A stretch of DNA of 64,000 nt. Source: Candidatus Dojkabacteria bacterium (GTDB lineage: Bacteria > Patescibacteriota > Dojkabacteria > SC72 > JAFGCJ01). The stretch is taken from NCBI GenBank assembly GCA_016932785.1, contig JAFGCJ010000002.1, forward strand, positions 273,777 to 337,776. The letters are read 5' to 3'. Position 1 is the first letter of the stretch. Each line of letters starts with the position of its first letter. A model generated the notes under the pieces. The model searched no databases. It saw only the letters and a program-made list of their open reading frames with translations, and was not told the origin of the DNA. Below, one piece after another: positions 28,783 to 38,509 of this stretch. The translations under genes and the position numbers were made by a program.

Positions 28783-29655
28783 ATGGCCGAGAAGAAAACA
28801 GAGAAAAAGGTTGAAGTATCGTCCCCTGTTGATTCTTCAACTACAACCACACCTGAAGCTCCAGCAAAGAAATCTTCGAAAGGACTTCTTATCGTTCTTG
28901 TAATAATTCTTGTACTTGTTATCCTAGGGCTTACCTGTTCATTAATTTGTGTTGTTTCGGGTTTCGGATCTGACATAATCGACCAAATAACAGAGGAAAG
29001 CACCGATGAGGAAGACGACGATGAAGAAGAATCTGAAATTAATGAAGACGAAGATACGAATGACGACGATGAAGAGGAAGAAAGTACACCTGCAAGATCT
29101 ACATTTAGCGGCAGTGTCGTCTCTGGAACATATGCTTCCGGATGGCAGATAAAAGAATACCTAGACGGCGCGGGATCTTCGATGCTTGTCTCCGGAGTTA
29201 CTTACCAGGGACTAACCGGTCTCGAAATTTATACTCCATCAAACAAGCTTGTCTTTAAAATGAGTGCTGTAAGTGGAATCGGAGGAACAGACGCATGTGA
29301 AAAACTCCATACATTCTCCGATACAAGTGCATCCTACATTTCTGATGTACAGACTAGATCTTTAGCAAGCGGAGTAACAACAACCGTCGTCGATCTATCA
29401 GCATCTACCTATTCACAATTCAACCTGTTTGACTTAAAAGCCAGAAGGATTGGTTCTGATCTATACTACGACAAAACATCCGCCTCAAGTTTTGACACAG
29501 CATGCGGGATAGACTACCAATTTTGGTGGTTTAATAATCTCAAGTTCAAAGCTGACGGATCAGATACTTCAGGTTATGATGTAGAGATAATGAATTCTCC
29601 AACTCCTTCTGAATTTACTGAACTGGAGAACATTCTCGGATCTCTGTCAGTATAG
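28783..29655 (+). CDS. membrane-anchored protein with acidic low-complexity linker
   Basis: ATG at 28783 (MAEKKTEKK..) is preferred over the TTG at 28765. TM LLIVLVIILVLVILGLTCSLICVV, a D/E-rich stretch, then a ~190-aa C-terminal domain of unknown family. Confidence 0.55.
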   Translation: MAEKKTEKKVEVSSPVDSSTTTTPEAPAKKSSKGLLIVLVIILVLVILGLTCSLICVVSGFGSDIIDQITEESTDEEDDDEEESEINEDEDTNDDDEEEESTPARSTFSGSVVSGTYASGWQIKEYLDGAGSSMLVSGVTYQGLTGLEIYTPSNKLVFKMSAVSGIGGTDACEKLHTFSDTSASYISDVQTRSLASGVTTTVVDLSASTYSQFNLFDLKARRIGSDLYYDKTSASSFDTACGIDYQFWWFNNLKFKADGSDTSGYDVEIMNSPTPSEFTELENILGSLSV

Positions 29656-29696
29656 TCAAAAAATTTTCTGCCCAGAAAAATTTATAGATTTATATT

Positions 29697-29948
29697 ATGG
29701 CCGTATTTAAACGGTTAATATTGGGCAGTTACATCATTTCTAGAGTTATTATAGCTATTTCAATTTTTATACCAGGAATAGCTTTCTTGCTAATCGCCAT
29801 AAGCAGAAGCCCATTTACACGACCTGCTGAGGCAGATTTTAAATCTGGTCAAATAAAATCTCAGATCACACAAGAAGAAAATATTGAAGACACCTCTGAG
29901 CACGTAGAAATTGGCTTCACTCAGGTCATAAGACCACTTTCAAGGTAG
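29697..29948 (+). CDS. small membrane protein
   Basis: 83-aa ORF with one or two TM segments (IISRVIIAISIFIPGIAFLLIAI). Confidence 0.4.
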   Translation: MAVFKRLILGSYIISRVIIAISIFIPGIAFLLIAISRSPFTRPAEADFKSGQIKSQITQEENIEDTSEHVEIGFTQVIRPLSR

Positions 29949-29952
29949 GCTT

Positions 29953-30651
29953 TTAATTACTGAAGGTAAACTTTTCAAGGTCAATTATTTTTGAGCCGAT
30001 ATTATCTTCTGTAATACTTTTGACCAAAAATGCATTCTCTACTTTGAAATCACCTACAAAGAGTCTCCTCAAGTCAACAGAATTGCCATAAACACCAATT
30101 TTCCTTCCAAGATCGGCTATAAGCTTTCGAACGTATGTCCCGCTTGAACAGACGATTTCAAAAGTAACAACAGGCCAGTTAAATTTCTTTATTTCAAAAC
30201 TATAGACGTTTATCTTTTTAGGCTCGAGGAAGAATTTTATTCCTTTTCTAGCTAGAGAATAGGCCCTCTCTCCCTTAACACGTTTTGCAGAATATTTTGG
30301 AGGGATCTGTGCAATCGGCCCTACAAACAAAGCCAAAGGGCCTTCAATATCCTTACTTGTAAATTTAGGAAGTTTGCCACATCGCTCGATGACTTCACCA
30401 GTTGAATCCATTGTATCTGTCTCGTATCCGAACTCAGCTCTGACTTCATACCCTTTTTTCAACTTCTGCAGTGAGTCATTTAATTTTGTTCCTTTGCCGA
30501 GCAGAATTACTAGAAGACCCGTTGCAAAAGGGTCAAGGGTGCCTGAATGTCCGATTTTCTGATCTTTTGGAAGAATTTTCTTCAACTTTCTTATCACATC
30601 GTACGAAGTGACACCTTTCTCCTTATCGACAAGAAGGATACCATCAAACAT
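29953..30651 (-). CDS. truB: tRNA pseudouridine(55) synthase
   Basis: GILLVDKEKGVTSYDVIRKLKK and the catalytic-Asp motif GHSGTLDPFATGLL, followed by ..QIPPKYSAKRVKGERAY. Confidence 0.9.
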   Translation of the reverse strand: MFDGILLVDKEKGVTSYDVIRKLKKILPKDQKIGHSGTLDPFATGLLVILLGKGTKLNDSLQKLKKGYEVRAEFGYETDTMDSTGEVIERCGKLPKFTSKDIEGPLALFVGPIAQIPPKYSAKRVKGERAYSLARKGIKFFLEPKKINVYSFEIKKFNWPVVTFEIVCSSGTYVRKLIADLGRKIGVYGNSVDLRRLFVGDFKVENAFLVKSITEDNIGSKIIDLEKFTFSN

Positions 30652-30674
30652 ATAGGCCCATTTAATGAATTAAA

Positions 30675-33446
30675 CTAAAAGGTTGATGTTGCAATAAAGG
30701 TAAGTTGGTCAGTATAGGTCCCAGTCCCATCTTCTATATCGGGACTTGCTCCAATTGCCCACTGCACACGTCCTCCCTGAACTGGATTACCATTCGTGTT
30801 AAGAATTTCTACCGGAGCAGATTGAGGAAGATCACAATAATAATCATCGCCTGAAGTACAGTCACAGTCACCGTGTATATTTAGGAACCCAGAAGTTGCA
30901 GTACTAACAAATCCACTGGGATGGTTAAGACCGTAATATCCACTTCCAGTTCCAGTAATCTGATACTCTGACCCCGAAGGAACGCTTGGGATTTCATTGC
31001 TAGCATCCTTATACAAAGCCTGGTTAGCACTGATAACGGTGACCACTCCTCCAGAGTCAGCATTTGTCTCAATATCCATCCAGATAGAATTTACGGTACC
31101 CGTAAGACCGTCGGCATGAAGTATACCGGTATCACCAGAGTTCCGAACCTCAGTTATAAGCATCTCACCAAGATCTACCACATAACCGGCATCATCACTT
31201 GCCCCGCTGTGGCTATCACAGGGACTGGTACCACCGGCAGCATCACAATCTACATCCGTAGTCGCCGTATCAATATCAAAACTTAATACCGTATCCACAT
31301 ACCCCGTTACATTGACAGTGTCATCATCAATGATAGGAACGGAAAGTTCACCGAAATCGATGTCCGTGCCATTATCAAGAGTTATCTGAGTATCATACTC
31401 TCCTACGTTATCAGGATTAATAATCAGAGTATCACCTTGACTCGGAGTATCTGTGTTTGTACCTATTTTAATGTGAACAACACTATTGGAAGCAATCTCT
31501 GTTGCACCCGCATCCGTAGGAGCCGTAAAAGTAATTACGTCATTTGTAGAATCAATATTTACCCCCCAAACTCCACTTCCTGCACTTGCCGCCAAGGTTT
31601 TATCTGCCCCATCATCCTCAAGATCGATATCGTCTATACCAATACCATTAAAATCAAAGTCATTTGTACCATCAGTAGTAGTTTGATTCGGAACAAAATC
31701 AACAGTTATAGTATCTCCAGATGAATTTATGGCATAAGTAGTTGTAAACTGAATATCATGATTCGACGCAGTGCTAACCTGCAACCTTGTCATAGTATCT
31801 TTTATCCCGACAAGACTAAACGCCCCTGTACCAGTAAGACCCGACACCTTCCAGTACTCCACCCCACCATCCATGACGACCTCAACGTTGGGATTTAGCT
31901 CATCCACATAGAACAAACCTTCACAATCAGGACCAACATCCTCAACCGATTGAGCATTAGGACAAATAGCCACTTGATCCCCTAAACCTTTTCTTACATA
32001 TAATGAATACGATCCTCCGCGAGAACCAGGCAGATCAGAAAAGCCTCCCGGATAGTGGAAAAACGCCTTTCCTTCACCAACGCCTGCATCCAACTCCTCC
32101 CAATTTAGATCCTCATCTACAAACTCCACGTCAAACTCCGCCACTCTAAGGTCACCTTCCTTAACACCTATTTCTACATCTCCAAGTTGCGGGTTCTCCC
32201 CTACATCCACAATCCACGAATCTGTTCTAACAGCATCAAGATTTTCAGCCAAGTTTATTACCTTGAAATGCTGCTCACAGTGAGTTGCATAGTCACAAGT
32301 ACCAGAGCCATCACACCCAGCCTGACACAAGAAGCTCCCGCCACGAGCATAATTATCATCACCATATGCAATGCTGAATGAATAAGTATCATTACACACA
32401 TTTTCGGCCTCACACTGACCACTGGAACATGCCGTGCCCGGTGGACAATTCCTCCAATCAAGTTCACCAGTCGGAAAGCTACAACTACCATCAGCTGCGC
32501 ATCTCATAACTTCTCTTCCCTGCTGACACAAAGAATCATTACACATACTAAATTCTCCATAATTGCAACTCAGGACATTATCCGTCCCACAGTTATCTGT
32601 GAGCGTATATCCTTCTTCCGCAACAACCTGCTGAAGATACGAATCCGTCTGATCGTCAGAGCTACGGCAGGAACCTGAACCATCACAAGATGTGAACCAC
32701 TGTGTACCAGTACAATTACCGGACACACAGGTTTCTCCGTAATAACAGTAGTACTCAGGGGAAACCTCAGATACAACTCCATTACCGGTACATGTTGAAC
32801 CAGATGGTATACTCTCTACATAGTCATTGGTATCACAAGATCCGTTCCCATCGCAATATCCATCTCCCCGTTTTCTTTGACACTGTCCATTGCAGCTCCA
32901 CGAAGTATATTGACACTCACTATCCGGATCGTGATTATCGTTAACATTATGACAAATTCCAGCCGTTCCATCATATGCATCGCACCGCTGACACGTTCCC
33001 GAGCAAGAAATATTACAACAGAAACCGTCGACACAATATCCTGAAGTGCATTCACTTGAATTAGAGCATGACTGTCCGTTATTCTTTGTAGAATCTGTCT
33101 CCGGAGAATGATATATCGTAGTACCTGGTGAACCTACTCGAACGACATCCTCCTGATCATCTGTCTGATCGTCTGAGGTTGAAACTCCTTTTACTCCTCC
33201 TGATGCACCATTTTCATCTTCATCACTAGAACGAGAAAATTGCGTTTCCTCTGACTTATCGAGGATATCATCATCTTCATCTTTAGAAGAAATAGGATCA
33301 AAAAGATAGATCCACAGCCAGAGAAGCAATAACAACATAATCATTATCTTCATACTGGTTTTAAGAACATCGCTATCAAGCCATGGAAATCTATTTTTCA
33401 ATTTCCATTTAATATTTCTTGCTTTTAGTCTTAATCTCGTAAACAT
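30675..33446 (-). CDS. large secreted Cys-rich surface protein (ORFan)
   Basis: 923 aa. N-terminal TM (IMIMLLLLLWLWIYLF), an acidic linker, about 300 aa of Cys-rich repeats (e.g. CSNSSECTSGYCVDGFCCNISCSGTCQRC), then a Thr/Asp/Gly-rich beta-type region. Confidence 0.65.
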   Translation of the reverse strand: MFTRLRLKARNIKWKLKNRFPWLDSDVLKTSMKIMIMLLLLLWLWIYLFDPISSKDEDDDILDKSEETQFSRSSDEDENGASGGVKGVSTSDDQTDDQEDVVRVGSPGTTIYHSPETDSTKNNGQSCSNSSECTSGYCVDGFCCNISCSGTCQRCDAYDGTAGICHNVNDNHDPDSECQYTSWSCNGQCQRKRGDGYCDGNGSCDTNDYVESIPSGSTCTGNGVVSEVSPEYYCYYGETCVSGNCTGTQWFTSCDGSGSCRSSDDQTDSYLQQVVAEEGYTLTDNCGTDNVLSCNYGEFSMCNDSLCQQGREVMRCAADGSCSFPTGELDWRNCPPGTACSSGQCEAENVCNDTYSFSIAYGDDNYARGGSFLCQAGCDGSGTCDYATHCEQHFKVINLAENLDAVRTDSWIVDVGENPQLGDVEIGVKEGDLRVAEFDVEFVDEDLNWEELDAGVGEGKAFFHYPGGFSDLPGSRGGSYSLYVRKGLGDQVAICPNAQSVEDVGPDCEGLFYVDELNPNVEVVMDGGVEYWKVSGLTGTGAFSLVGIKDTMTRLQVSTASNHDIQFTTTYAINSSGDTITVDFVPNQTTTDGTNDFDFNGIGIDDIDLEDDGADKTLAASAGSGVWGVNIDSTNDVITFTAPTDAGATEIASNSVVHIKIGTNTDTPSQGDTLIINPDNVGEYDTQITLDNGTDIDFGELSVPIIDDDTVNVTGYVDTVLSFDIDTATTDVDCDAAGGTSPCDSHSGASDDAGYVVDLGEMLITEVRNSGDTGILHADGLTGTVNSIWMDIETNADSGGVVTVISANQALYKDASNEIPSVPSGSEYQITGTGSGYYGLNHPSGFVSTATSGFLNIHGDCDCTSGDDYYCDLPQSAPVEILNTNGNPVQGGRVQWAIGASPDIEDGTGTYTDQLTFIATSTF

Positions 33447-33726
33447 CCCTACTCTTCTAGTAATAAGAGAAGTAAATGCCCGAATAAAGAAAAACTAACC
33501 CTTGGAAATGGGCAGATCATAGCCAGAATTACTGACTTAACTAACATTCAGGCAGTTTAATTAAACTGAGTTATGAGCCTAATATCAATCTATAGGAATT
33601 TCCATCCAAAGTCAACCCTGCAAAACCCCAGATATGCCTATAACAATGCGAAATATTGCGTAGGAACATAGTTCGAGTAGAAACATCATCAACTTTGAGC
33701 TATAATTACAACAATTTAATAGAAAA

Positions 33727-33938
33727 ATGCTTTGACGGAGAGGAATGGGCTCCTGAGCAGCAAGGCGAAAAGTAAGTAGCCGAGACGTAGTTCCTGCGTA
33801 AAAGGATACCCTGATGTTGATTCCACAAAGTCAGGACAAAGGCAAAATCAGCGATGATTTTGCAAAAAGGGGTGGCACCACGATAAACTCGTCCCCAAAC
33901 AAATGGATCTTTAGGATTCATCTGTTTGGGGATTTTTT
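33727..33938 (+). promoter_or_regulatory. T-box riboswitch leader (Trp specifier) with intrinsic terminator, upstream of trpS
   Basis: UUGACGGAG-AGGAAUGGG-CUCCUGAGC carries UGG at 33746-33748. Stem III is GCAAAATCA/TGATTTTGC. The T-box core AAAAAGGGGUGGCACCACG lies at 33864-33882. The antiterminator is GGGG / bulge UGGCACC / ACGA-UCGU / CCCC. The competing terminator CCCCAAACA..TGTTTGGGG plus U6 lies at 33893-33938. A TATAAT is present at 33701-33706. Confidence 0.85.
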
Positions 33939-33961
33939 GTTAAACTTATTATTAATATATT

Positions 33962-35476
33962 ATGAACAACCACAAAAAAATCAAAAACAAACTAGACAAA
34001 CTTGGATTTAAGTACCAGACTATTGACCTTGCCACAGAGTCTTTGGATCTCGACGAACAGGTCCGCGCAGGGAATCTTAAATACAGCGAATGTGTTGGAA
34101 CACTTCTAATCAAAGACCAACGGGGTAATTACTATGCTTTCCTTAGAAGAGACGACAGAAAAATGGATGCCGAAAAGGTGAAAACGATTATTGGAAGCGA
34201 CTCATTTGATTTCTGTGATGACAAAGACCTTGAAAAAATAGGATTCGAATCAGGACTTCTTTCTCCAGTACTACTAAACGACGGCAAAAAACCAATCAAA
34301 GTATTTGTAGATCAAAATATCAAAAAGATGAAAGTCGTTAACTGTGGACCGGCAATTCCCGGTGCAACCCTCCGTCTCGATAAAGACGATCTCCTCAAGG
34401 CAGTTGGAGAATATGAATTTATAGATTTTACACAGCCTAACCCCCAGAGATCTGATGATCTTTTCTCCTCTGATAAGGTTGTTTACACCGCTGATACCCC
34501 AACAGGTCAGATGCATATCGGACATTACGTTGGAACACTAGAAAATCGGGTTAAGCTCCAAGATAGATTCAACTGTTTTTTCGGACTTGCCAACTATCAC
34601 TCATTTTCATATATGCAAAAAGGTGAGGGCCTCTATAAGAATCCAGATTTTATTCACGAAGTGACTCTACAGGTTGCCATGGATAATCTAGCGGTAGGAA
34701 TAAACCCCGAAAAGTGTACCTACTATATCGAATCAGATGTTCCTGAGACATGTGAACTTGCAATGCTCTTCAGCATGCTGGTATCACACAACCGCGCCCT
34801 AAGAAATCCGACCATTAAGGACGAAATTAAACTAAAAGGCATGGGAAATCAGTTCTCACTTGGATTCATCAACTATCCAATGCTCCAAGCAGCGGATATC
34901 CTTATATTTAAAGCCGAATTAATTCCTGTCGGCAAAGACCAGTTGCCCCATATTGAGCAATCGAGAGAAATAGCCCGAGACTTTAACGAGCTATATGGTG
35001 AGACATTCCCAATTCCAGAGGGTCTTGTAGGAAAGGTCGGAATGCTTCCAGGACTTGATAACAAAAAAATGAGCAAAAGTCTCGGAAATGCTATCGTATT
35101 CACTGATTCCGACGAAGAAATCAAAAAGAAAATAATGAGCATGTACACCGATCCTAACAGGATACATCCGACTGATCCTGGCAAGGTAAAAGACAACCCC
35201 GTATTTATATACCATGAAGCTTTCAATCCAGATAAGGAAGAAATTGAAGATTTGAAGGAACGCTATGAAACCGGAAAAGTCGGCGATGTGGAGGTAAAGG
35301 AGAAACTGGCAAATGCTATGATTAATTTCATCGCTCCAATTCGAGAAAGAAGAAAGAAATACGAGGATAATCCTGACCTTCTAAGAGAAATTCTATCAGA
35401 AGGCGGCAAAAAAGCTAGAAAAGAAGCAAAGAAAACCATGTCCGAAGTCAGAGAAAAGATGAAACTGGACTTCTAG
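33962..35476 (+). CDS. trpS: tryptophan--tRNA ligase with N-terminal YbaK/ProX-like (tRNA_edit-type) domain
   Basis: Residues ~1-165 follow the YbaK pattern (..CVGTLLIKD..YYAFLRRDDRKMD..GFESGLLSPVLL..VNCGPAIPGATLRL). The class Ic core has TPTGQMHIGHYVG (HIGH), PMLQAADIL, GKDQLPHIEQSREIARDFN and KKMSKS. The upstream T-box has a UGG specifier. Confidence 0.85.
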   Translation: MNNHKKIKNKLDKLGFKYQTIDLATESLDLDEQVRAGNLKYSECVGTLLIKDQRGNYYAFLRRDDRKMDAEKVKTIIGSDSFDFCDDKDLEKIGFESGLLSPVLLNDGKKPIKVFVDQNIKKMKVVNCGPAIPGATLRLDKDDLLKAVGEYEFIDFTQPNPQRSDDLFSSDKVVYTADTPTGQMHIGHYVGTLENRVKLQDRFNCFFGLANYHSFSYMQKGEGLYKNPDFIHEVTLQVAMDNLAVGINPEKCTYYIESDVPETCELAMLFSMLVSHNRALRNPTIKDEIKLKGMGNQFSLGFINYPMLQAADILIFKAELIPVGKDQLPHIEQSREIARDFNELYGETFPIPEGLVGKVGMLPGLDNKKMSKSLGNAIVFTDSDEEIKKKIMSMYTDPNRIHPTDPGKVKDNPVFIYHEAFNPDKEEIEDLKERYETGKVGDVEVKEKLANAMINFIAPIRERRKKYEDNPDLLREILSEGGKKARKEAKKTMSEVREKMKLDF

Positions 35477-35949
35477 ATTTTTATTAAAGAATTTTCGTAA
35501 TCCTTAACTCTCTTCGGTTTACCAGTTCGGCTAAGCTCTATCTCGTGGCCCTCTGCTTTTAATTTTGCCACATGAGCCTCAGTTCCTCCCGGATACTTAG
35601 GATTTAATTCTCCACCTGCTTTAAGTGTCCTCCAGTAAGGTGTAATTTCATCAATTTTCTTACCACGCTCTTCCATATCCTCTTCCGCTGCCTTAGCGAC
35701 AAGTCCGACAAAAATACCGGTAACCATGGGACAACAGAAATCGGCTTTATATTTTTTGGAAAAGTAATCACGTATCTCTTCCTGGGTTATAAGCTTCCCT
35801 TTTGGAACTTTCTTCATAAGTTCCTCATACTCCGGGGCTGGAGGAATTACCATCTTTCCATGCATCTTCCAATTTCCACGAGGTTCGACATCTTTAATCA
35901 TTAGCTCTGTCTTGGAATTGAGCATCTCACGAGCTGTTTTTCTTGCCAT
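35473..35949 (-). CDS. MGMT/Atl-like DNA-binding-domain family protein (tentative)
   Basis: 158 aa. VPKGKLITQEEIRDYF .. ITPYWRTLKAGGELNPKYPGG .. KLKAEGHEI resembles the iP.Gkv.ty..ia / vPwhRVv..G.l / L..EG pattern of the methylated-DNA-protein-Cys methyltransferase DNA-binding domain. No PCHR active-site Cys is seen. Confidence 0.4.
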   Translation of the reverse strand: MARKTAREMLNSKTELMIKDVEPRGNWKMHGKMVIPPAPEYEELMKKVPKGKLITQEEIRDYFSKKYKADFCCPMVTGIFVGLVAKAAEEDMEERGKKIDEITPYWRTLKAGGELNPKYPGGTEAHVAKLKAEGHEIELSRTGKPKRVKDYENSLIKI

Positions 35950-35983
35950 AACAAGTAACTTCCAAATTAGATTGACACGATCT

Positions 35984-38173
35984 TTACAGATATTTCAGAA
36001 TTTTAGCCTTGTCCATGTCAACAAACTCAACATTATCCTTATCTCTCTTTTTCATCTCAACCTTATCTTCCTTAAGAGTTTTTTCACTGATAACTATTCT
36101 TAATGGAATACCAATCAAATCAGCATCAGCAAATTTCACTCCTGGTGAAACGTCCGACCTGTCATCCCAAAGAATTTCAACCCCAGATTCTGAAAGATCG
36201 TTATATAGTTTTTCTGATTCTTTTGTGATCTTCTTACCATCGCCAATAGAAACAAGAATCACAGAGAACGGAGCAATGCTCCTGGGCCACACTATTCCGT
36301 TCTCATCGTGATGCATTTCAACAACTGAAGCCATAGCACGTCCAACGCCAATCCCATAGGCTCCCATCCACATAGGTTTTTCCTTCCCATCCTTATCAAC
36401 AAAATAAGCCTTGTGAGGATTAGTGTAATAATGATCATATTTAAAGATATGTCCAACCTCAATTGACTTCTTCTCCTTTAAATAACCGTCCTTACATTTG
36501 GGACACTTCGCACCATCGTATGCCGAGGCAATATCGTCTATCTTTGAAACTTTGAAATCACGACCATAATTAACATTGAATGAATCTGTTGTCTTTTCTT
36601 TAAGTCCTCCAATGAGGTTTTTAGACATTTTTAGTGCAATATCTCCGACATAAATCACATTATCCCTACCCTCATCATGACCCCACGAGTGAACCCACCC
36701 ACTCTTTGTACCAATACTCGTAAGGTCCTCCTCATCAGCATAGTCAAGAACATCAATATCGTCGAACAGATTGGCAATCTTTGTAGCGTTAGCCTCGAGA
36801 TCTCCTCGTACAACGGCAATTATCAATCGCCCCTTTTTGTCTTTGAAAACAACATTCTTAAGAAAATGGGACTTTGGCTTCTTATAATGCTCCACATTTT
36901 CATCCATGGTACATACCCACTCAGGCTGCTCAATAATCTCAAAAGGTTTTTCTTCTTCATCTATGTTTACAGAATCCCTCACAAATTCTGCCTTCTCGAC
37001 GTTTGCTTTATAGCCACACCGGTCACACATGACAATCTTATCTCCTCCTGCACTAAACACCTTGTCCTCTCGAACATCTACGAAGTCTTTTACTTTGAGA
37101 TCCCGTCCAATATTCACATTCTTACGAAAGACTCTCTCCTTATGGGCACCGTCATAATAGTTCTTGTTATATTTAACAGACTCATCGATAATAAGCTCAA
37201 CTTTGCTATCCAGCCCTATCGGAGAAACATAACCAATAAACGATCCCAACTCATCAATCTCAGATTTTGTTGCAGGTCGTATAGTCTTGTACTTAAGCAG
37301 TCTTCGAAGCTTAATGAAGTCAATCCTGTAATCTCCACGTATCGTAATACATATGTACTTTTTCCCATCAACAACATAGACCATGTTCTTCAAAGTTTTT
37401 TCCGGATGTTGTGCATAGAATTTTAGGATCTTCTTATACTCCTTCTGGTTCTTCGACACATCCTCAACTTCCATTCGGAGTTCTTTCTCGTCTTCATCAA
37501 AATATAAATCCAATTCCTGAACTCTTTCAGGGGTAATTACCATAAATTCATGACTATAATCTCCTCCGAGCGCACCATTGTCGGCAATCACAGCCTCTGT
37601 CTTAAGCCCAACACGATTAAAAATCTTCTCGTAGGCCTTCCAGTATGCATCGTAGGTCTTCATAAAAGACTTTTCATCCCTCTCATAATTGTAAGCATCC
37701 TTCATCAAAAACTCTCGAACCCTTATTAGTCCTCCCCGGGGCCTCAACTCATCCCTGAACTTGGGAAGAAACTGATATACATTTATAGGAAGATCTTTAT
37801 AGCTCGGCTTTTCTGACTTTATAACTTCAGTCATAAGCGCTTCAGCTGTAGCACTCATTGCAAAGGTACGGCCAAAATGATCCTTAGCCACAATCATTTG
37901 TTCCCCAAATGCCTCATCACGGTTAGTAATTCTCCAAGGCTCAATAGGCTGCATTATAGGCAGTTCCATTCTCTGAGAACCAATGGCCTCCATCTCCTCA
38001 ACGATTATCTTAATAATCTTATCCTTAACTCGATAACCAAGCGGCATGAATGCATATCTCCCAGTAGCAACCTGCCGAATGAAACCTCCCCTATAAAGGA
38101 GTCTGTGACTTTCAGCCTGTGCATCAGATGGAACGGTCTTAGATGTTTTCAAAAAGTATTCAGTAAATTTCAT
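35984..38173 (-). CDS. proS: proline--tRNA ligase, bacterial type, with duplicated INS (YbaK-like) editing module
   Basis: Class II motifs (FRDELRPRGGLIRVREFLMKDAY; GAYGIGVGRAMASVVE) and a C-terminal anticodon-binding region. At 729 aa it is longer than the usual ~570 aa. It has two INS-like units (LKNMVYV..ITIRGDYRIDFIKL..YVSPIG..NVNIGRDLKV and LKNVVFK..AVVRGDLEANATKI..NVNYGRDFKV). Confidence 0.9.
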   Translation of the reverse strand: MKFTEYFLKTSKTVPSDAQAESHRLLYRGGFIRQVATGRYAFMPLGYRVKDKIIKIIVEEMEAIGSQRMELPIMQPIEPWRITNRDEAFGEQMIVAKDHFGRTFAMSATAEALMTEVIKSEKPSYKDLPINVYQFLPKFRDELRPRGGLIRVREFLMKDAYNYERDEKSFMKTYDAYWKAYEKIFNRVGLKTEAVIADNGALGGDYSHEFMVITPERVQELDLYFDEDEKELRMEVEDVSKNQKEYKKILKFYAQHPEKTLKNMVYVVDGKKYICITIRGDYRIDFIKLRRLLKYKTIRPATKSEIDELGSFIGYVSPIGLDSKVELIIDESVKYNKNYYDGAHKERVFRKNVNIGRDLKVKDFVDVREDKVFSAGGDKIVMCDRCGYKANVEKAEFVRDSVNIDEEEKPFEIIEQPEWVCTMDENVEHYKKPKSHFLKNVVFKDKKGRLIIAVVRGDLEANATKIANLFDDIDVLDYADEEDLTSIGTKSGWVHSWGHDEGRDNVIYVGDIALKMSKNLIGGLKEKTTDSFNVNYGRDFKVSKIDDIASAYDGAKCPKCKDGYLKEKKSIEVGHIFKYDHYYTNPHKAYFVDKDGKEKPMWMGAYGIGVGRAMASVVEMHHDENGIVWPRSIAPFSVILVSIGDGKKITKESEKLYNDLSESGVEILWDDRSDVSPGVKFADADLIGIPLRIVISEKTLKEDKVEMKKRDKDNVEFVDMDKAKILKYL

Positions 38174-38236
38174 TATAAATCTAGTTTAATTTATTTTTAG
38201 GACAGCGTCTACTTTACTTCCAGGGTTTGCTGTACA

Positions 38237-38503
38237 ACAAAAAACTCGCCTATACACACCAGTCTTACTGGTATGCAAAGACGAGCTTTCTCGTGTTACC
38301 ACTTTGCTTTGATTTAACGTTACCGCTAAACCCTCTCTAACTGACTCCATAACTTACGTGAATCAGTGTCCCATTTATTTGCTTCGGTCGGGCTTCCGAA
38401 AAAAGTTGGTGCTGCTATGCAGCTTTTCCTCTTTCACTCCCAGGCGGGTTCGCTCAATCTCTCAACTTCGCTACTATTCCTGTTCACAGTGAGCTATTCA
38501 ATT
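38237..38503 (-). promoter_or_regulatory. T-box riboswitch leader (Pro specifier) with intrinsic terminator, upstream of proS
   Basis: Read on the minus strand: AAUAGUA..GAA-CCC-G specifier region (CCC = 38448-38446). The T-box core is CAAAGCAAAGUGGUAACACGAG (38312-38291). The antiterminator is GCAAAG / bulge UGGUAAC / ACGAG-AAAG-CUCGU / CUUUGC (38307-38275). The terminator is CUCGUCUUUGCAUACC..GGUGUGUAUAGGCGAG plus U6 (38286-38239). Confidence 0.8.
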
Positions 38504-38509
38504 AAGCAA

